DNA of 64,000 nucleotides from Zygnema circumcarinatum SAG 698-1b (lineage: Eukaryota; Plantae; Zygnematophyceae), in NCBI GenBank assembly GCA_037447605.1, contig CM074819.1:1572297-1636296 (forward strand), read 5' to 3'. Below the pieces are notes generated by a model. The model saw only the letters and a program-made list of their open reading frames with translations. It searched no databases and was not told where the DNA came from. Shown here piece after piece: positions 45,537-59,447 of the stretch (the stretch's first letter is position 1; every line of letters starts with the position of its first letter). The position numbers and the translations under genes were made by a program.

Positions 45537-48401
45537 TATTATGGGCCATACGGTAACGGGCTGATGCTTATCTATTGGAAGGTAGAAGTAGGGGAGAGGG
45601 ATTAGATCATGATGAGAGAGGGAGAGAGAGGGAGAGAGAGAGAGAGAGAGAGGGCGCGAGAGACAGATGAGCTGAGAGAAGAAGTCTTTGTCCTCAGAGA
45701 AGTTCACATAGCAGCCTGCTCTACCATTAGTGAGGCGAGAGGTCACTGTGCTGCTTTGGGCTCCCTCGATTCCGCGACAATTTGAGAAGACCTTTCAAAA
45801 CGTCTTCCTTTTTCTTGTTAATTTTATCACAAGTTTGGGTCGAGTAGAGGGCACATGCTGGAACAGGAAGACAATTCCATAGAACAGGAGTGCCCTTGTG
45901 CCTGCGTTCCTTTGTAGGTTGTAAATGAGAACAGTAACTAGAAGGCAGACAAGGACCACTCTCGCTGACAGAATGTTTGACAGCTCTGTGATAGCTACTG
46001 TACTAAACTGTAGTGCTTCCTCTATAGAAATTGCATTGTCATTTGATTACTGGGCCAGTTAGAGTTTGGGGGCTAGTCTGAAAAGAGTGAGGATGTTAAA
46101 CTTTTAAGCCCTTGGATAGCCGGAATTCTTAACAGAGATTCATCCTATTGCTAAATATCGCCACTTTACTCTCAAGGCTATCATTGGGTTTTGATCTATG
46201 GGCAGAGCGAGCTGGAGGAGAGGGAAGAGAGGCGGGGAGAGTTAAAGGGAGGGAGAGAGGAGGGGAAAGGGAAGGGAAGTGGGGAAGTGTGAGAGAGGAG
46301 AGGGAAGAGAGGCGGAAGAGTTAGAGAAGGGGAGAGAAAAGAGAGGAGGGAGAGAAGGGAGGGAGAGAGGCGGAGAGGGAAGTGAGGGGAGGAGAGAGTG
46401 AGGTAGAGAGTGGAGCGGGAATAGAGGAATGTGAGCGAGGAAGAGAGGGGTAGCGGGAAGTGGGCGAGAGAGTGTGAGAGGGAGGGGGAGAGTGCTGGAA
46501 AAGGACAGCCGAGTGGGTCCAAGCGGGCTACTCCTTCGACTTCTTAACTCTCATGGTGTGAACATGTGGGAGGCGTAACTGTCACGTGGGACGTGGAACA
46601 GTATTTGAACGCCGTCCATGTGACCGAGAAAGACTTGGGACTTCAGAAACTGGAAATTATGTTTCACATGTGGCTCCTTGCTCTCTCCCTCTCTCTCTAT
46701 CACTCGGATACTCTCCCCCTCCCCCCTCCCCCCTCCCCCCTCCCCCCCCACTTCTCCTCTCTCTCTCCATCCCGCTCTTGCGCCCCCTCCTTCCAATCTC
46801 TCCATCTCCTCTCCCATCCCGCCCTTGCCCCCCCTTTCTCCCTCTTGCTCCCTCCCTCACTCTTTCTCCCTCCCTCTTCGGTCTCTTCCGCTTCCTTTCT
46901 CTCCCCTGCCGCTCTGAAAACCTAAGTCTCCCTCTGCTCCCTCCCTCCCCCCCCCACTCTCTTCTCCCTCTCGCTCTCGCCCCTTTACTCCATTTTCGCC
47001 CCTATCTCGATCTTCCTCCTCCATCGCTCTCTCCGCGCCTGTTCCTTTTTTTCTCCCTCACCCTGTTCGCGAACTCCCACGCCCCCCGCCTCCATTCTCT
47101 TCCCTGTTCCTCTCGTGTTCTCTTTACCTTCTTCTCTCCACCTCCTTCAACCCCTCACTCGTTCCCTCTCCCACTTTCTCCTTCTACCACTTCCTATCTC
47201 TGCCCCTCCCTTCGTTTCCTTCTCTCTCGCCTCCTACGGTTCTCCTCTCTCTTTCTCTACCTTACCCTCTCCTTTCTCTCCCTCCCTCTCCCTCCCTTTC
47301 GCCCCCCTCTCCCCTCTCCCATTCTCATACTATTGCTCTCCGCTTTTTCTCGCTTCTTCTCTCCCTTCTCTCATTCACATCCCTCTCCCTCCCCTCGCTT
47401 CTCGCTCTTCCTCGCCCCTTTCCTAAGTCCCTCTCTTCACCTCCTTCCCGTCTCTTCCCCTCTCCCTCCCTCTGTCTCGTCTCCTCTCTCTACCGGCATG
47501 CTTCCCCTTTTACTCTCAGCGTGATAAGGAGCAGAGCTGCAAGCCACATCATTCTTATTTTGACAAAAGCTAATTTCTCGCTTGACAGATACACATGTCA
47601 ACAGTGTGGAGCGCACATTTGAATCATATTGCGCAAATGAAAAGCTCATCCAATCAAGGAAACATCAAAAGCAAGATCACGATTAAGGACAAGGTCAAAA
47701 TCAACAACAAAATCACGAGATTAATAACAACAAAATGATGTGGATCAAGATTAAGAACACGGTCAAGATTAATAACGAAGTCAAGACCAGCACGAACATC
47801 CACTGTCAAGGTCAAAATCAGGAATTTCAAGATCGATAACGAAATGACGATCTGGATTAACGTCAACAATCAATATCAAGATAAAAAACAGGGTCAATAT
47901 CAATTTAAACAAGATCAAGACCAAGATCAACGTCAAGATCTCCTGCCACACCACAATATGAAGCTTCCAAAGGATCAACCAACCGTTTAGTAAGCCAAGA
48001 CAAGGTAGAGAAGCTTTGTGGGAACAAAACAAAGAACAAAGGCATTGCAAAAAGGTTAGGACCTAGGAGCACGAATCTTCAGTAACTCTTTAGGTTCTTG
48101 CCAGGTTTTCTTCAGTGGTTTACCGTTATCTTCTTACACCCAACAATTAACCCTAAAAAACCGACCCTTTTATTCAGTAGACCCAAGTTCCTGTATTTAC
48201 ATTCCGGACCACGACTCCCACATGCCTCCAGCCGCTCCATGCTGAAGGCCATGACCATGACACTTTGACTCCTGAGTCATGACTCATGCGAGTCATGAGC
48301 CATGTGCCCCATGTGCCATGGACTCATGGTCCTGCGTTACATGACTACCATGACCATGACCGTGACAATGATACGTGACCAGCCATGGCCACCATGTTTC
48401 T

Positions 48402-51400
48402 CTACAACCCTTCCATGCTGTCATCTCTCTCATTGCCCGCCGCAAGAAGGTGTCCTCCCCCTCCCACAACCGCCCCACACTCAGGACACGTCGACTGTTC
48501 CATAGCCCCCCCACAGTCGCCTATGGCATATGTGTGCCCATTGGGACACCTGTACCAATGCCCCGCTCCAAAGTTCATTGCCTCTCTTATTTTCCGCTTC
48601 TCGTCGATCGTTACAGGCAACCAAGTTGGGGCCCCACGAACCCTAATTTCAAGGGCAGGGAGATCGTCTTGTAGCTGTTTCCGAGCGAAGTCGCCCAATG
48701 TATCCTTAGTACGAACAGACTGCATTTCATGGTGGGCTACATATCGGAAATGTTGTCTGGCTTCAGTAAGAAGGCGGAGTTGCTCCTCTTGGACGGCAAT
48801 CTATACAGAAAAAGCAAACACACAGCACTGAATAATCAATGCCTTGAATTAATTATACTAAGGAGTTTCAACCTGAAAGCGAGCTGAATTCACAGAACAG
48901 TCAAGAGTATGTGAAAAAAATTCTCACATTCTTATCCATTTGAGGATATATACGCACTCCCTGTAAACCCTTCACTCGGCTTATTACCAACCCTGCAAGG
49001 CCCAATCTTGCAGTAGCCTCCACAAGCCAGCTTTGCTGCTTGTTCGCCAACTCCATCCCCTTATTGAAGCAGTCCATCCCATCTTCATACACTGCATTTA
49101 TACGCAGTAGATGACGCTCCAAAATATCCCCAAGCTCTCCCTCTTGCATGTTCTTAACTAAATTAGACAGTGCAAGAAACATAGATTTGAACTTCACAAG
49201 CATAGAAAGCTCCCAAGCTTTGCCAAAGAGGATGAATGCTTCAGAAGTAGTTCGAACATCAGGATGAGGAATAAAGCCTGCATGTTGCTGCAAATGTCGC
49301 AAATTGAAGTCCGCTTCTTCCAAATCTTCAAAACCAAGAGACCTGCTTATCGCGACAAGCGTCGCTTCATAAGCCTGTTTTGTGGGATGGTGTTCACAGG
49401 ACTTGACAAAATTCCGAATTTTCTGAACGTTCGCATTTACTTTCTCCGTAAATCCGGCCCTCATTGGCGTCCCTTCTTGAAGTTCAGCGAGCTCATTTCG
49501 CAATCCTGCTAAAGTTTCTTCATAGTTCCCAAGCTCACTTCTCGCAGCCTGAATAAACTTCCTCTCCGATTGGTCCAGCATCGCCTTGTTAATCATCCTC
49601 CCATATCGTTTCACCTTTGTGATGGGCGCCCTGCATTCAGGGCAACCTTTTAACTCAACTAAGTCACTGCCAAGCAGCAACGGAGAGTCCCAATCTTCCT
49701 CCTCCTCTTCAACTTCCTCCGGCAGGGATACATTGCTTTCTCTGCCCTCTTCCCTCCCTCGCTCTCCTTCGCTAGCATTCGAAATCTCGCCTTCTTCCAT
49801 TATCTCTCCTTCCTCCTCACTGCCACTCTCCACTCCTCCAACCCCACCATCCTTTGATCTGCTTAATGAAACTCCTCCACTCTCACTCTCTTCCTCATCA
49901 CTCACTTGCCTCCTCTTCCAGACCCTCCTTAGCTTCCGACTGTAGTACTTACGGAGCCCAACGTGCATGTCCATGTTGGAAACTATGTAAGCATGTCCAC
50001 AGCCAAGCACTACTAAAGGATCCTCCTCAAGATCCACTTCCTCCAAAGTACTCATCATATATAGATCTACTACAAGCCCCTTGTTCTTAGGAGTCCCACA
50101 TGCTTGACAGTAAGCCATTGGGGGACAATCCTCTCCACAAATAGAAGGGCATTGGTGCCCACAACTTAGAAGCCTCGTACACCTCTTATCGCAGGGTAAA
50201 CGGGTACATGGAGCTCCACAAGGGAGCCGACATTTTCCGCGATGTGAACAAAACCAAGTGCATGGCTCCGCGCAAACTGCACACGGTTTGTGGCATTTTT
50301 TTCCGCAGGTGCTATGGGAGCATGCAACTGGGCAATTCCTTTGGCATGGAGGGCATGGCTTGCCCTCATGGCATGTTGAGACGCATACATGCCCACATAG
50401 GAGGTTTCTCTCACATTGTTGTCTGCAAGGGGGGTGAATTTTTCGGGAGTCTGTTGTCGAATGTGGAGAATTCAAAGTAAAGCATTCGCCACATTTTGCT
50501 TTGCATAAATGACCACACTCCGCAATTGGGTGCCCGCAAACTGCCCGACATTTTTTGGGCTCGTACTGAACAATCGCAGCTTCTGAGCAGTCAACAGGTT
50601 GCTTATGGTTGCATATACCCATTGTTATCTCCACCTTTTTCCTGCAAGAAAATTTACACACAAAGCTTTGTTACCACAGATTGCCCACGGACTTTGCTTT
50701 TCAAAAAGAAATCAAAACTAGAGCTATATTCTTGCTGAGATGGCTATGTTAAAGGAAACCACAGTGGGTTCATTACCGGCATGGAATACGGTCCAGATGG
50801 TTTGTCTCGCTGCATCTGACACTTGACGCAATATGGCCGCACGGCAGTTTTACGGAACTGATGGCAACGCTGCATGGGCCACATGGATCGCCACATGCAA
50901 GAGGGCATGGATGGCTCCATGCGCACTCAGTTAGAGGGCGAAGCCGTTCACATTGTTTGTTGCAGCGAACTGTCACATGGTCTCGATCGTCAGGATGACA
51001 TCTGCATGGGCCAGAACGATCGTCGGTAATGCCCATTAACGTGAGAGTGAGATTAAGAGTGATTACCAGGAATATAAGTTAAGGAATGTCTGTCCAATAC
51101 TTTAGGCTGCCATGCACAAACACTTGAAGAGTAATACGTGTTTAGAAGTGAAGGAATGGTAAGAAAGGTGTACATTTATATGTAGGATATTATAGTACAA
51201 TGTAGGATATTTTAAAGGCAGAGTGAGAGGAATTCCGCACACCTTCGAGGACATGCATGCCCACATGGCATCCGAAAGTTGCATGACGAAGCGCAGCCTC
51301 CATCCCCAGCAAGCTCCTCAAAGTCGCTCGCTTTAGCGATTCGGGTTTCGTTCTCCGGATGCGCCACACATTTCAGAAGTAGTGTGGGGCCCACACAATC

Positions 51401-54302
51401 ATCTTTTTTCAGGATTTCGATGACTTGGGGCCACATTTTTGAGTTTTCATGAAGACATAAACAGTCCGTGTTTCCTGCATGCGGAACCACTTGGTGATGT
51501 AAATATGTGCCATACAAACATCTATGTAGATATGGTTCAAGGATTCTTGAAGCATCTATAACAACCAGGCATGGCTGTTTGTTGCGCACTTGAAAATGGT
51601 TAAGGCAATAGAAAGAGACAATAAGAAAGCTTGGCAAAGAATTACATGAGCGATGGGTGGTATCTAATGGCAGGAGTTGGGAAACGAATTGACATAAGTA
51701 CCCACCAACTAGATACATTCCATGCCGAGCTCGTGAAAGGAGGACATTGATTCTGTTTGGAGATTTCAAAAAGCCGATATGTCCTCCAGACGTGTTTCGG
51801 ACCAATGACAAGATAACGATAGTGCTCTCCTCCCCTTGAAAACTGCATTCACCAAAGATAGGTTAACATGTCCAACTTTTCGAAGTTCACAATGAATCAC
51901 GTTCTCATGCGAACATCATTCAAGGAAATTCATCATTTGCACGTTTAACATCTCTCTCACATGGAACGCCAAAAGTCATATCTCTCACAACTCAAGGTAC
52001 AGTTTTCTCACAAGGGGGCCCATTATTTGTTACGAACAGCTTCACAAGCAAAAAATTATATGATCATTGTATCTCAAAGCCGAGAAGCCTTACTTGTCAA
52101 TAGTGGCAAGCCGCACGCTTTCGTTCATCGATACCACCTTAGGTTGAGCATATTCCAATCCCATTCCCGGTGTCTCCCTGCTCTCCCCTCTCTCCTCTTC
52201 ATCACTCTCCCTCTGCCTCTCTCTCTCCTCCATCTCCTTCACGGTCTCTTCATCTTTTTCACTAAGTGTCACATACACAGATTTCGACAATTCCGCTCGG
52301 ATCTTCAACAACTGGCCCACATATGGAGTCAAAATTGTTATCTCTCCCGCTCCATATCCCTGCTTGAGGAGATACTTCGCCAGACCCATCACCATTTTGA
52401 CCTCTTCCTGGTTTGACTTTGACTTTAACCCCCCTTCTCCTCCTGTTTCCGGATTCGTATGATGCCAGAAATAAAGGTTTTGGGCCATTCCCCGGACGAA
52501 TGGGTAGCAGCCAACGGTTGGCAAATGGTCCTTTAGAGCTGGATATATTGTATTCCGGATGAGGTTGGCTATAGAGGGCCTCATACGCCTCTGTGTTGCG
52601 AGAGTGTAGACAGGGAAATTTTTACTTTCTGCTAGGCGCTCAAAGAGGGAGAGGTCAAGGTTAAAGCCTTGCCCGGAATCCGTACTAAGCTCGTAAACTT
52701 CCGTCTTCGGCCGAAGCTGACGGTGATCACCTGAATAATTCACAGGAAAAATAAATAAACAAAAGAACATAATGTGGACCAGAAACAGTATTAAAGTCGT
52801 GATAGGAATGACCTTAAAAAGGCTCAAAAGCCGAGAAGTTTCTTGTAGATAGAACTCCAAAAACGCTTTTAAAAACTCTAATGGGTCAGCGTTGGAGGAT
52901 TGATAAAAAGAAGAAATTTAGGAAGCCAAGCAGCATACCGATAAGGATGAGATGATCGGTTGAAGAGGACAGAGATGTAAGGACATGGGCTTCCAGCACC
53001 TCTGCTGCCTCCTCTACCACTACCACTCTCGGAGCGAAAGCAGTGACAAGTCGCTGAAATTTTGCTACTCCACTTGTAGTCATACCCACAACTTGGGCAT
53101 TTTTCAGCACTTCTAGGTCTCCCATTTCCCTTATTTCTTCAAGCCGCTCCTGCTGCCTGCCGATTGAACAGAAAGAAAACAGACATGAGAGCTAACAAAT
53201 GAGATATATTTATTTATTTGATTTATTTATTCATGCGAGAGGAGAGAAGTAAACATTCCAAACACTAACTTCCTTGGAATTCCAGCATCATCATGATCCC
53301 TAATTCCATCAAAGTACTCAAGTGTGTTCAAAGTAGTCAAAAGATAAAGAAGTACTCCTGCACCCAATGAGCCCAAGTGAATTTCTATCAAAAGGATGAA
53401 GTCCGCAGTGAACTTGAACTTACGTCTTGTAGGCTTCCATATTCACTTTGATCCCATCTAAATTCATCCCATGAATCTCCTTCCGCCACTTTTTAATAAG
53501 CCTCTTCCTCACATTTCGATGAACATTCCAAAATTCCTCCTCTTGCACTTCCCCAAACACCACAGATATGCCCCTCCGCACAACATTCCAGGCGGTAGGC
53601 TCATTAGAAGGCTGCAAGGTGTTCTCCTCCATAGCAAAGGGTCCTCCTCTTCGCTTTCCTCCTCTCGGAGTATCGAAAGTTGGGGTTGGGTAGCCCTCAG
53701 ACCATCTTTCCCAGTTTAAGGCTCCAAAGTCATTCTGGAACGAGAATCAGAATCACGACGATGGTTGCTTCAGATTTTTCTTCTTTAAAATATCTACTCT
53801 ATAGTTTTAACACTTCCTATTTCCAGCTATAGAAAGATTGGATATGAAAGATTGTTTTCTCTGTTTTTAAGAAGGAATGATAGCTCACCTGCACCACTTC
53901 ATCATCGATTGACCCATCCCCGAGGGGGTCCGTAAGGGTGGCGAAAAAGTTAGGGTGATTCAGTTCAAGGTAGTCGCTCACATCCGGCCATGAGAGCTCA
54001 TAGTCTTCATCCCCCAGGAGACGGGCCTGCCCTCCCCTTATCTTAAGCTCCAACAGTTCCATTTTCTTAATGCATTGCCACTCCTGCCATCGCTGGGCTG
54101 CAGCCAACCAGAGATCTTGCTCAGGCGTATAAGAGGGCTGTAGCAGATAACTCTAATAATGCAGGAAGGTGAATGTTGTCAAAGAAGACAATGTCCCCTC
54201 CATCGTCTCTTTGCGTTTCGTTCTCACTCATCCTCTCTTCTCACTCCACTACCCGTTTCCCTTTTCTCTCCTCAGCTTAAAAGCATTCATTTTGAACCCC
54301 CC

Positions 54303-54361
<59 letters not shown>

Positions 54362-54942
54362 AGGGAGCTGCAAGACTCACAGGGAGATTTGAGGCTCTTT
54401 GAATTCTCTCGCATAATAGAACGCAAGTTGCGCGGCTCCAATGCAGCACTTCGGCTCCGTCCTCCCACTCGCACAACCTGCAGCCCCCCCACCCCCCCCC
54501 CCCAAATGTAAAATAAAATAATCTCAAAAAACTCAAATTACTCAAATTCACGCCTGCAAGCCTGTTAAAAACCTCCAAAAAGTGCAATGTAACTGCTTAC
54601 AAAACCTTCCCACAGTGAACCCTGATGCACACAAATCAGAATCTCGCCCTCCTTACATTGGTTATTCCGTTTGCGATGAGCCCCTCCAAGAACTGATCCA
54701 ACGCATGGTTGGTAAAGCACACACACAGTATGGGCTCTAAGGATGGCTTTGTCTCCCCCCCCACTCTCTGAAATAAGCCCCTCCGTCGCCCCCCAGAGTT
54801 GTGCAGAAGAAGCTGCACAATTTTGATACCGAGATATGTCTGCGAAAAAAATTGACAAGTTAAAATCATGCAATTAAATCTAATTTGATAATGTGAAAAA
54901 AGGCATTCCAAGAGATTGAGGAGAGACGAGAGAGAGGAGAGA

Positions 54943-55001
<59 letters not shown>

Positions 55002-58000
55002 TGAGGAGAGGGGAGAAGCGAGGAGAAAAGGAAGAGGCGAGAGAGCGGAGAGAAGCGAGGAGACGAGAGAACGAGAGTGAGGGAGCGAAGAGAGGAGAGA
55101 GGAGAGTGGGAGCAGAGGAGAGCAAAATCACTTAGTGTAAACAGAAGGGCTTACTTTGCCGGTTCCTGGAGGCCCTTGGATGAGTACTAATTCATCTGTG
55201 AGAGCTGCATGGAGAGCCTCTAACTGAGGCCTATCGAGAGTGGAGAGAGCCTCTAATGCTTCGTAGGGAAAAGCATCAGGTGATGAAATAGCCACATCTT
55301 GTAAACTCAGTTTGAGGTCGATTGTATCGCTCCCTTTATCGGTTGAGATCAACGGGGTCAGATCGTATCTGCCATAGAAACGAAGATGAAGTGTATACCG
55401 ACAAAGCATCCATGAGCAGAAGAGAAGATATGCAAAGTAGCTCACGTATATAGGATGTTTAGGATTTCTAAGGGTTTTAAAGGTTTCTCTCACCTTGTCT
55501 CCTCTGACATGTATGCGGGAATGCCGACATTTGTCATGGTTTGAACTCTCCCAGTTTCATGAAGAATGTACTTAGCAAAGGGAAAATTCATTTCTGAAAG
55601 GCCCTGCAGAGCCTTCAATATCGGCTTGTAAGCGAAAAAATTCGCCGCTGCTTCCATCATTAGCATCTCCTCCGCCGGACTAATTCCATTTTGAAATGCA
55701 TCAAGAAGCGCTTCATTGAATGGGCTTCTGTCACAGGGTGTGACTCCTATTTTAGGGCGTCCCTTTTCGGGAGCAAGAAGTTTCGGATCCCTATAGCTTA
55801 CTGTCGCCAATATCAGGCGAGAATTGACGTTTTCTTCACTCAAAGTCCCTCCTCCTGCATGTTGTCCTGCTACTCCGGATCCGCTCGAATTGTTAGTTCC
55901 TTGCAAGCGGCTTTGAAAGGTGATGCATATGAGGGAACCTGCTTGGAGTCTTCGAGAATACTTCCAGTACTCCATTCTGAAAATAAGAGGAATACAAAGT
56001 GTTAGTAAGACTGTATTCTAGAAAAACAAGTGGCATGCTTTACCCCTCCCCCTCCCCCTTCCCTCACCCCCGCTCCTGCACTCACCTATCCGCTCGCCTC
56101 TTTTGCCAGGCCTGGTCATCAAACGCAAGTAGATAGTACACTCCGCACTTGCTGTCTGCTTGCACTCCCACACACTCCACATTTCTGAATAGGAGGAGCT
56201 CCACTCCCTCTCCCCCCCTCTCTCCCAAAGCTCCCTTCATAGGGAGATACGCAGCTGCTTCACTCCGACTGAGCCGGACCTCTCCTCCCCTTCTTCCCCG
56301 AGCTCCGCCACGGCTACCTTCCGTAGAAGGGGGAGGAATAGACCCCCTCAGAGAATTAAAGACGAGCACTTTCTCCCATAAGGGAGCGATGAGATCGTGC
56401 CGAAGGAGGCGGAATTGAATGTCTAAGTGGCGAGCCACAGAGCCTTCTGGAAGGTGGTGTTGGAAGGAGGGAGAGTTTCGAGGGAGGTAAGGAGAGCGAG
56501 TGCTCAGCACCTCTCCCGCTGTGGGAGCCACTTGTATCTGTTCCTCTTTTCATAAGTGTTAGGGCGGGATTGATCCAACAAAGTAGGTGGTAGACTGAAA
56601 TGTCTCAAAATTTGTAATGTTGGGAAAAAAAATCGTCAATCATTGAAAAAGTTGAAGATACCTGTTGCAAATATTGTGAATTAGATTTGCGATGCTTTTT
56701 TATTTTTTTTTAAGAAAAAGGAGAAGACCTGGCGGAAGTCTTCAAAGTCGTTGTCGTGCCTGGGAATTCCATCAATGCTAAGATCGCCAGGTCCGTCCAA
56801 ATCCTCGGTTATTACTGACGTCTGAGCAGCTGTTCCCACACAAAACGGGGAGAGAGACAAGGGAGACAAGGGGGGAAGAGAGGAGAGAGAGAGAGTGGGA
56901 AAGGAAAAATGCAGATTATGTTTGGCCGATTTAGCAGAAAAGAAAGGGAAAGCAGAATCACTTCACAATCCACAAAATCAGTTAATAAAGTCCTCATCAC
57001 AGCAAGAAAAATAAAACATGAAAAATAGTTGTAGGGGGAAGACCTTCAGAAAAAACTTTAACTTACCATTTGGAAAGAGAGTAATCCTCTTCAACCGGGC
57101 TGCCTCTCTCTCGACTCTAGTCCTCTCCTGCCGTACCTTCGTTCTTGCAGCGCGTAAAACCAGCTCAAAACTATCGTTCAGACCTCGATACTGTCCCCCT
57201 AAAACAGGCTCCTTTTGCTGCCACGTGTCTATCATCTGCTTCATTCTGTCCATCTGATCCACCAGTCCCTGCCTATAAGCACTCTCTTGAAATCTTTGCA
57301 TAATCTCGCGAAAATATGAGACTACGGGTGTGAATATGTCCATCCACACGTGTGGAAGAAGTTGGAGAAAGGCCTCATTTGCGACTGAACTGGGCCCCCC
57401 TCCCCCCTGAAACTCCAAATTTCTCTTCATGCGAGCCCCTGAGTTTGTAATATCGGCATAGAGTGCGGCGTCTACTAGAGGTACGCCGGTTGTGAGCAGT
57501 TCTAAGCAACATACGAGATATTCATCGAATCCAACGGTGTTGTGAACTGCTGCAAGGATTGAATTCACGGCGGAAGACATCGGGTTGTTGCAAAATACCG
57601 GCTGATTGTGCATAGACGATCGATGTTCACGTCGAAATGAACAGGAACAAGAGGAAAGAAAAAATTGTGAAAAGAATTGGAATTGAACATTAGTGTTAGG
57701 ATAAAGAAGGGTTTTGTCGCTATTAGAAAGTGGCAATTATGCGCGATTCACAAGAGCGGATTAGATCTCCAATCTCCATGCCTCCCTCGCCTGTTACAAG
57801 GTAGTAAACATGCATCCTCTCTCTCTCTCTCTCTCCTCTCTTCTCTCACTCACTCTCTACGCCACTTTTGCAGCTTCTCCCTCTGCTGACCCTTCAAACT
57901 CCTCCCCTTCTCCGACTGTCCCGCATCTTGCCTAAGGACAAGCAGAAGCATCTCAAAGTGGGCCGAAATGAAAGATCAAACTGAGAAGAAGAAAAATACC

Positions 58001-59447
58001 GTACATTACGAGACAAGCCATCGTGGAAGCCTAAATATATGCAGCATTTCAATACACATGAGTGCAGGTAAACTCACGTGTGCGATGAGAGACAAAAGAG
58101 GCAGAACCACTGCCTGGAAGGAGACAATCATCGTATTGGTCCCTGCTTGAACTGATAAATGAGGCCCAGTCTTCACCGCCTCTTGACAAATAGATGCAAT
58201 TTTTTGTCGACCGAATTTCTCATCAGATCCCAGCAGCAATACAAGCTCTGGGCACAAGGAATACCGCAAAAAGGCACAAGCGGGGGGCAAGGGGGGGCGT
58301 CACTTTAGAAAGTGAAACATCGACAATGAATTGAATGGGAGAATGCTAGCAAAAATAAAGTAAGCACCATTGCAGTGGAAAGACTGCGAGGAGCAAGTCA
58401 AGCTAAGACTATTCAGCGCAAGATTTTGTTTGCAAATTTACCTGACATTTCACAACTGTGCATAGAAAATATGAACCTCCTCATCTGATGTTGATTAGGA
58501 AATGCGGCTGGAGAATCCAAATATATTCGAATATTTGGAACATCTGTGCTTCTCCGCTCTCCTCCGTGTCTCCCTCCCTCCCTTGAGCTATTCCCCATTG
58601 GTTCGTCTGCGTGAAAATTACTTCCCAGAAGATAATTAGGGAGAGGCAAGAAGAAGGAACAACCGCTAAAAGGTATTGCGATAGACCAATGTATCAAATA
58701 AGGAGTTTAAAATGAACGAAACGATACCATACTTTAGAATGTCTTATGATATAAATAGAATGTGATACTGTGAAGCACTGCTGACTATCTGATCTGGCAG
58801 AATGAGGGCTCAGACCTATACTGGCTCAAGTTAAAAAGAAATGAGCTCAACCTCGGGCGATTCAGATTGATTGATGTTCAACACCACTTAAAATAAACAG
58901 CAATTGTTTTCATCAAAAAATTAGTGGATGTTCATCGCGATAGTGATAGGAAACGAGAATTCAAGTGAAAAAAAGGATGGAATGCCCCTGTTCACGAACA
59001 TACTTGAGGGGTCCGGAATGATGCAGTCACATCACATCACATCATCACATAACTTGACCTTGTATACAGCCGGGCATGCCTCGTATTCACATTAACGAAA
59101 TGAAAAATATATACACAAAAAAACTTAAAAAAAGGTATGATTCGCCAAAAAAAATGGAATCAATCATATGCCAGTTGGTAACAGATTGCGAATTGCGATG
59201 TCGCCAAGTTATCTCATACTCAAAGGGCACCAATTCTCCAAACCCTGAAATCCTGAAAACCCTGATCCTTCAAGGCCTGAACATCACCTTCTGGTCTCCC
59301 AAAGCCTCTCCCTCTCCCACGCCCCCTCCCTCTCCATCCTCCTCTCTCGCCTCTCCCGCCTCTCCTTCCTCTCCCTCTTCCAGGTCCGCCAAAGCCGCTG
59401 GAGCTTTCACCTGAATCCCTTCCGTAAACCTCCCAGCCTCCTCCCAT
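48402..59447 (-). CDS. ZNFX1: ZNFX1/Hrr1-type SF1 (UPF1-like) RNA helicase with NFX1 zinc fingers, split RING-like region and C-terminal RZ finger; about 17-18 exons
   Basis: RGG-rich exon 1, GPG...RHDNDF...PYLP, HLDIQFRLLRHD, LIQGPPGTGKT, CFTNHALDQFLE, VGMTTSG, VVEEAAE, IGDHRQLRP, SLFERL, QRRMRP, YxxQ, ATID-FQGEE, NRINVLLSRARHG, multiple CGHxC NFX1 fingers, CGH...CPECR...RYG, and WYRCPNGHTYAIGDCGGAME. Confidence 0.95.

Noticed and set aside
46196-47524. Pro/Ser/Leu-rich ORFs (extensin-like)
   Set aside because: Purine/pyrimidine simple-sequence tracts in intergenic DNA; no start context or signal peptide.
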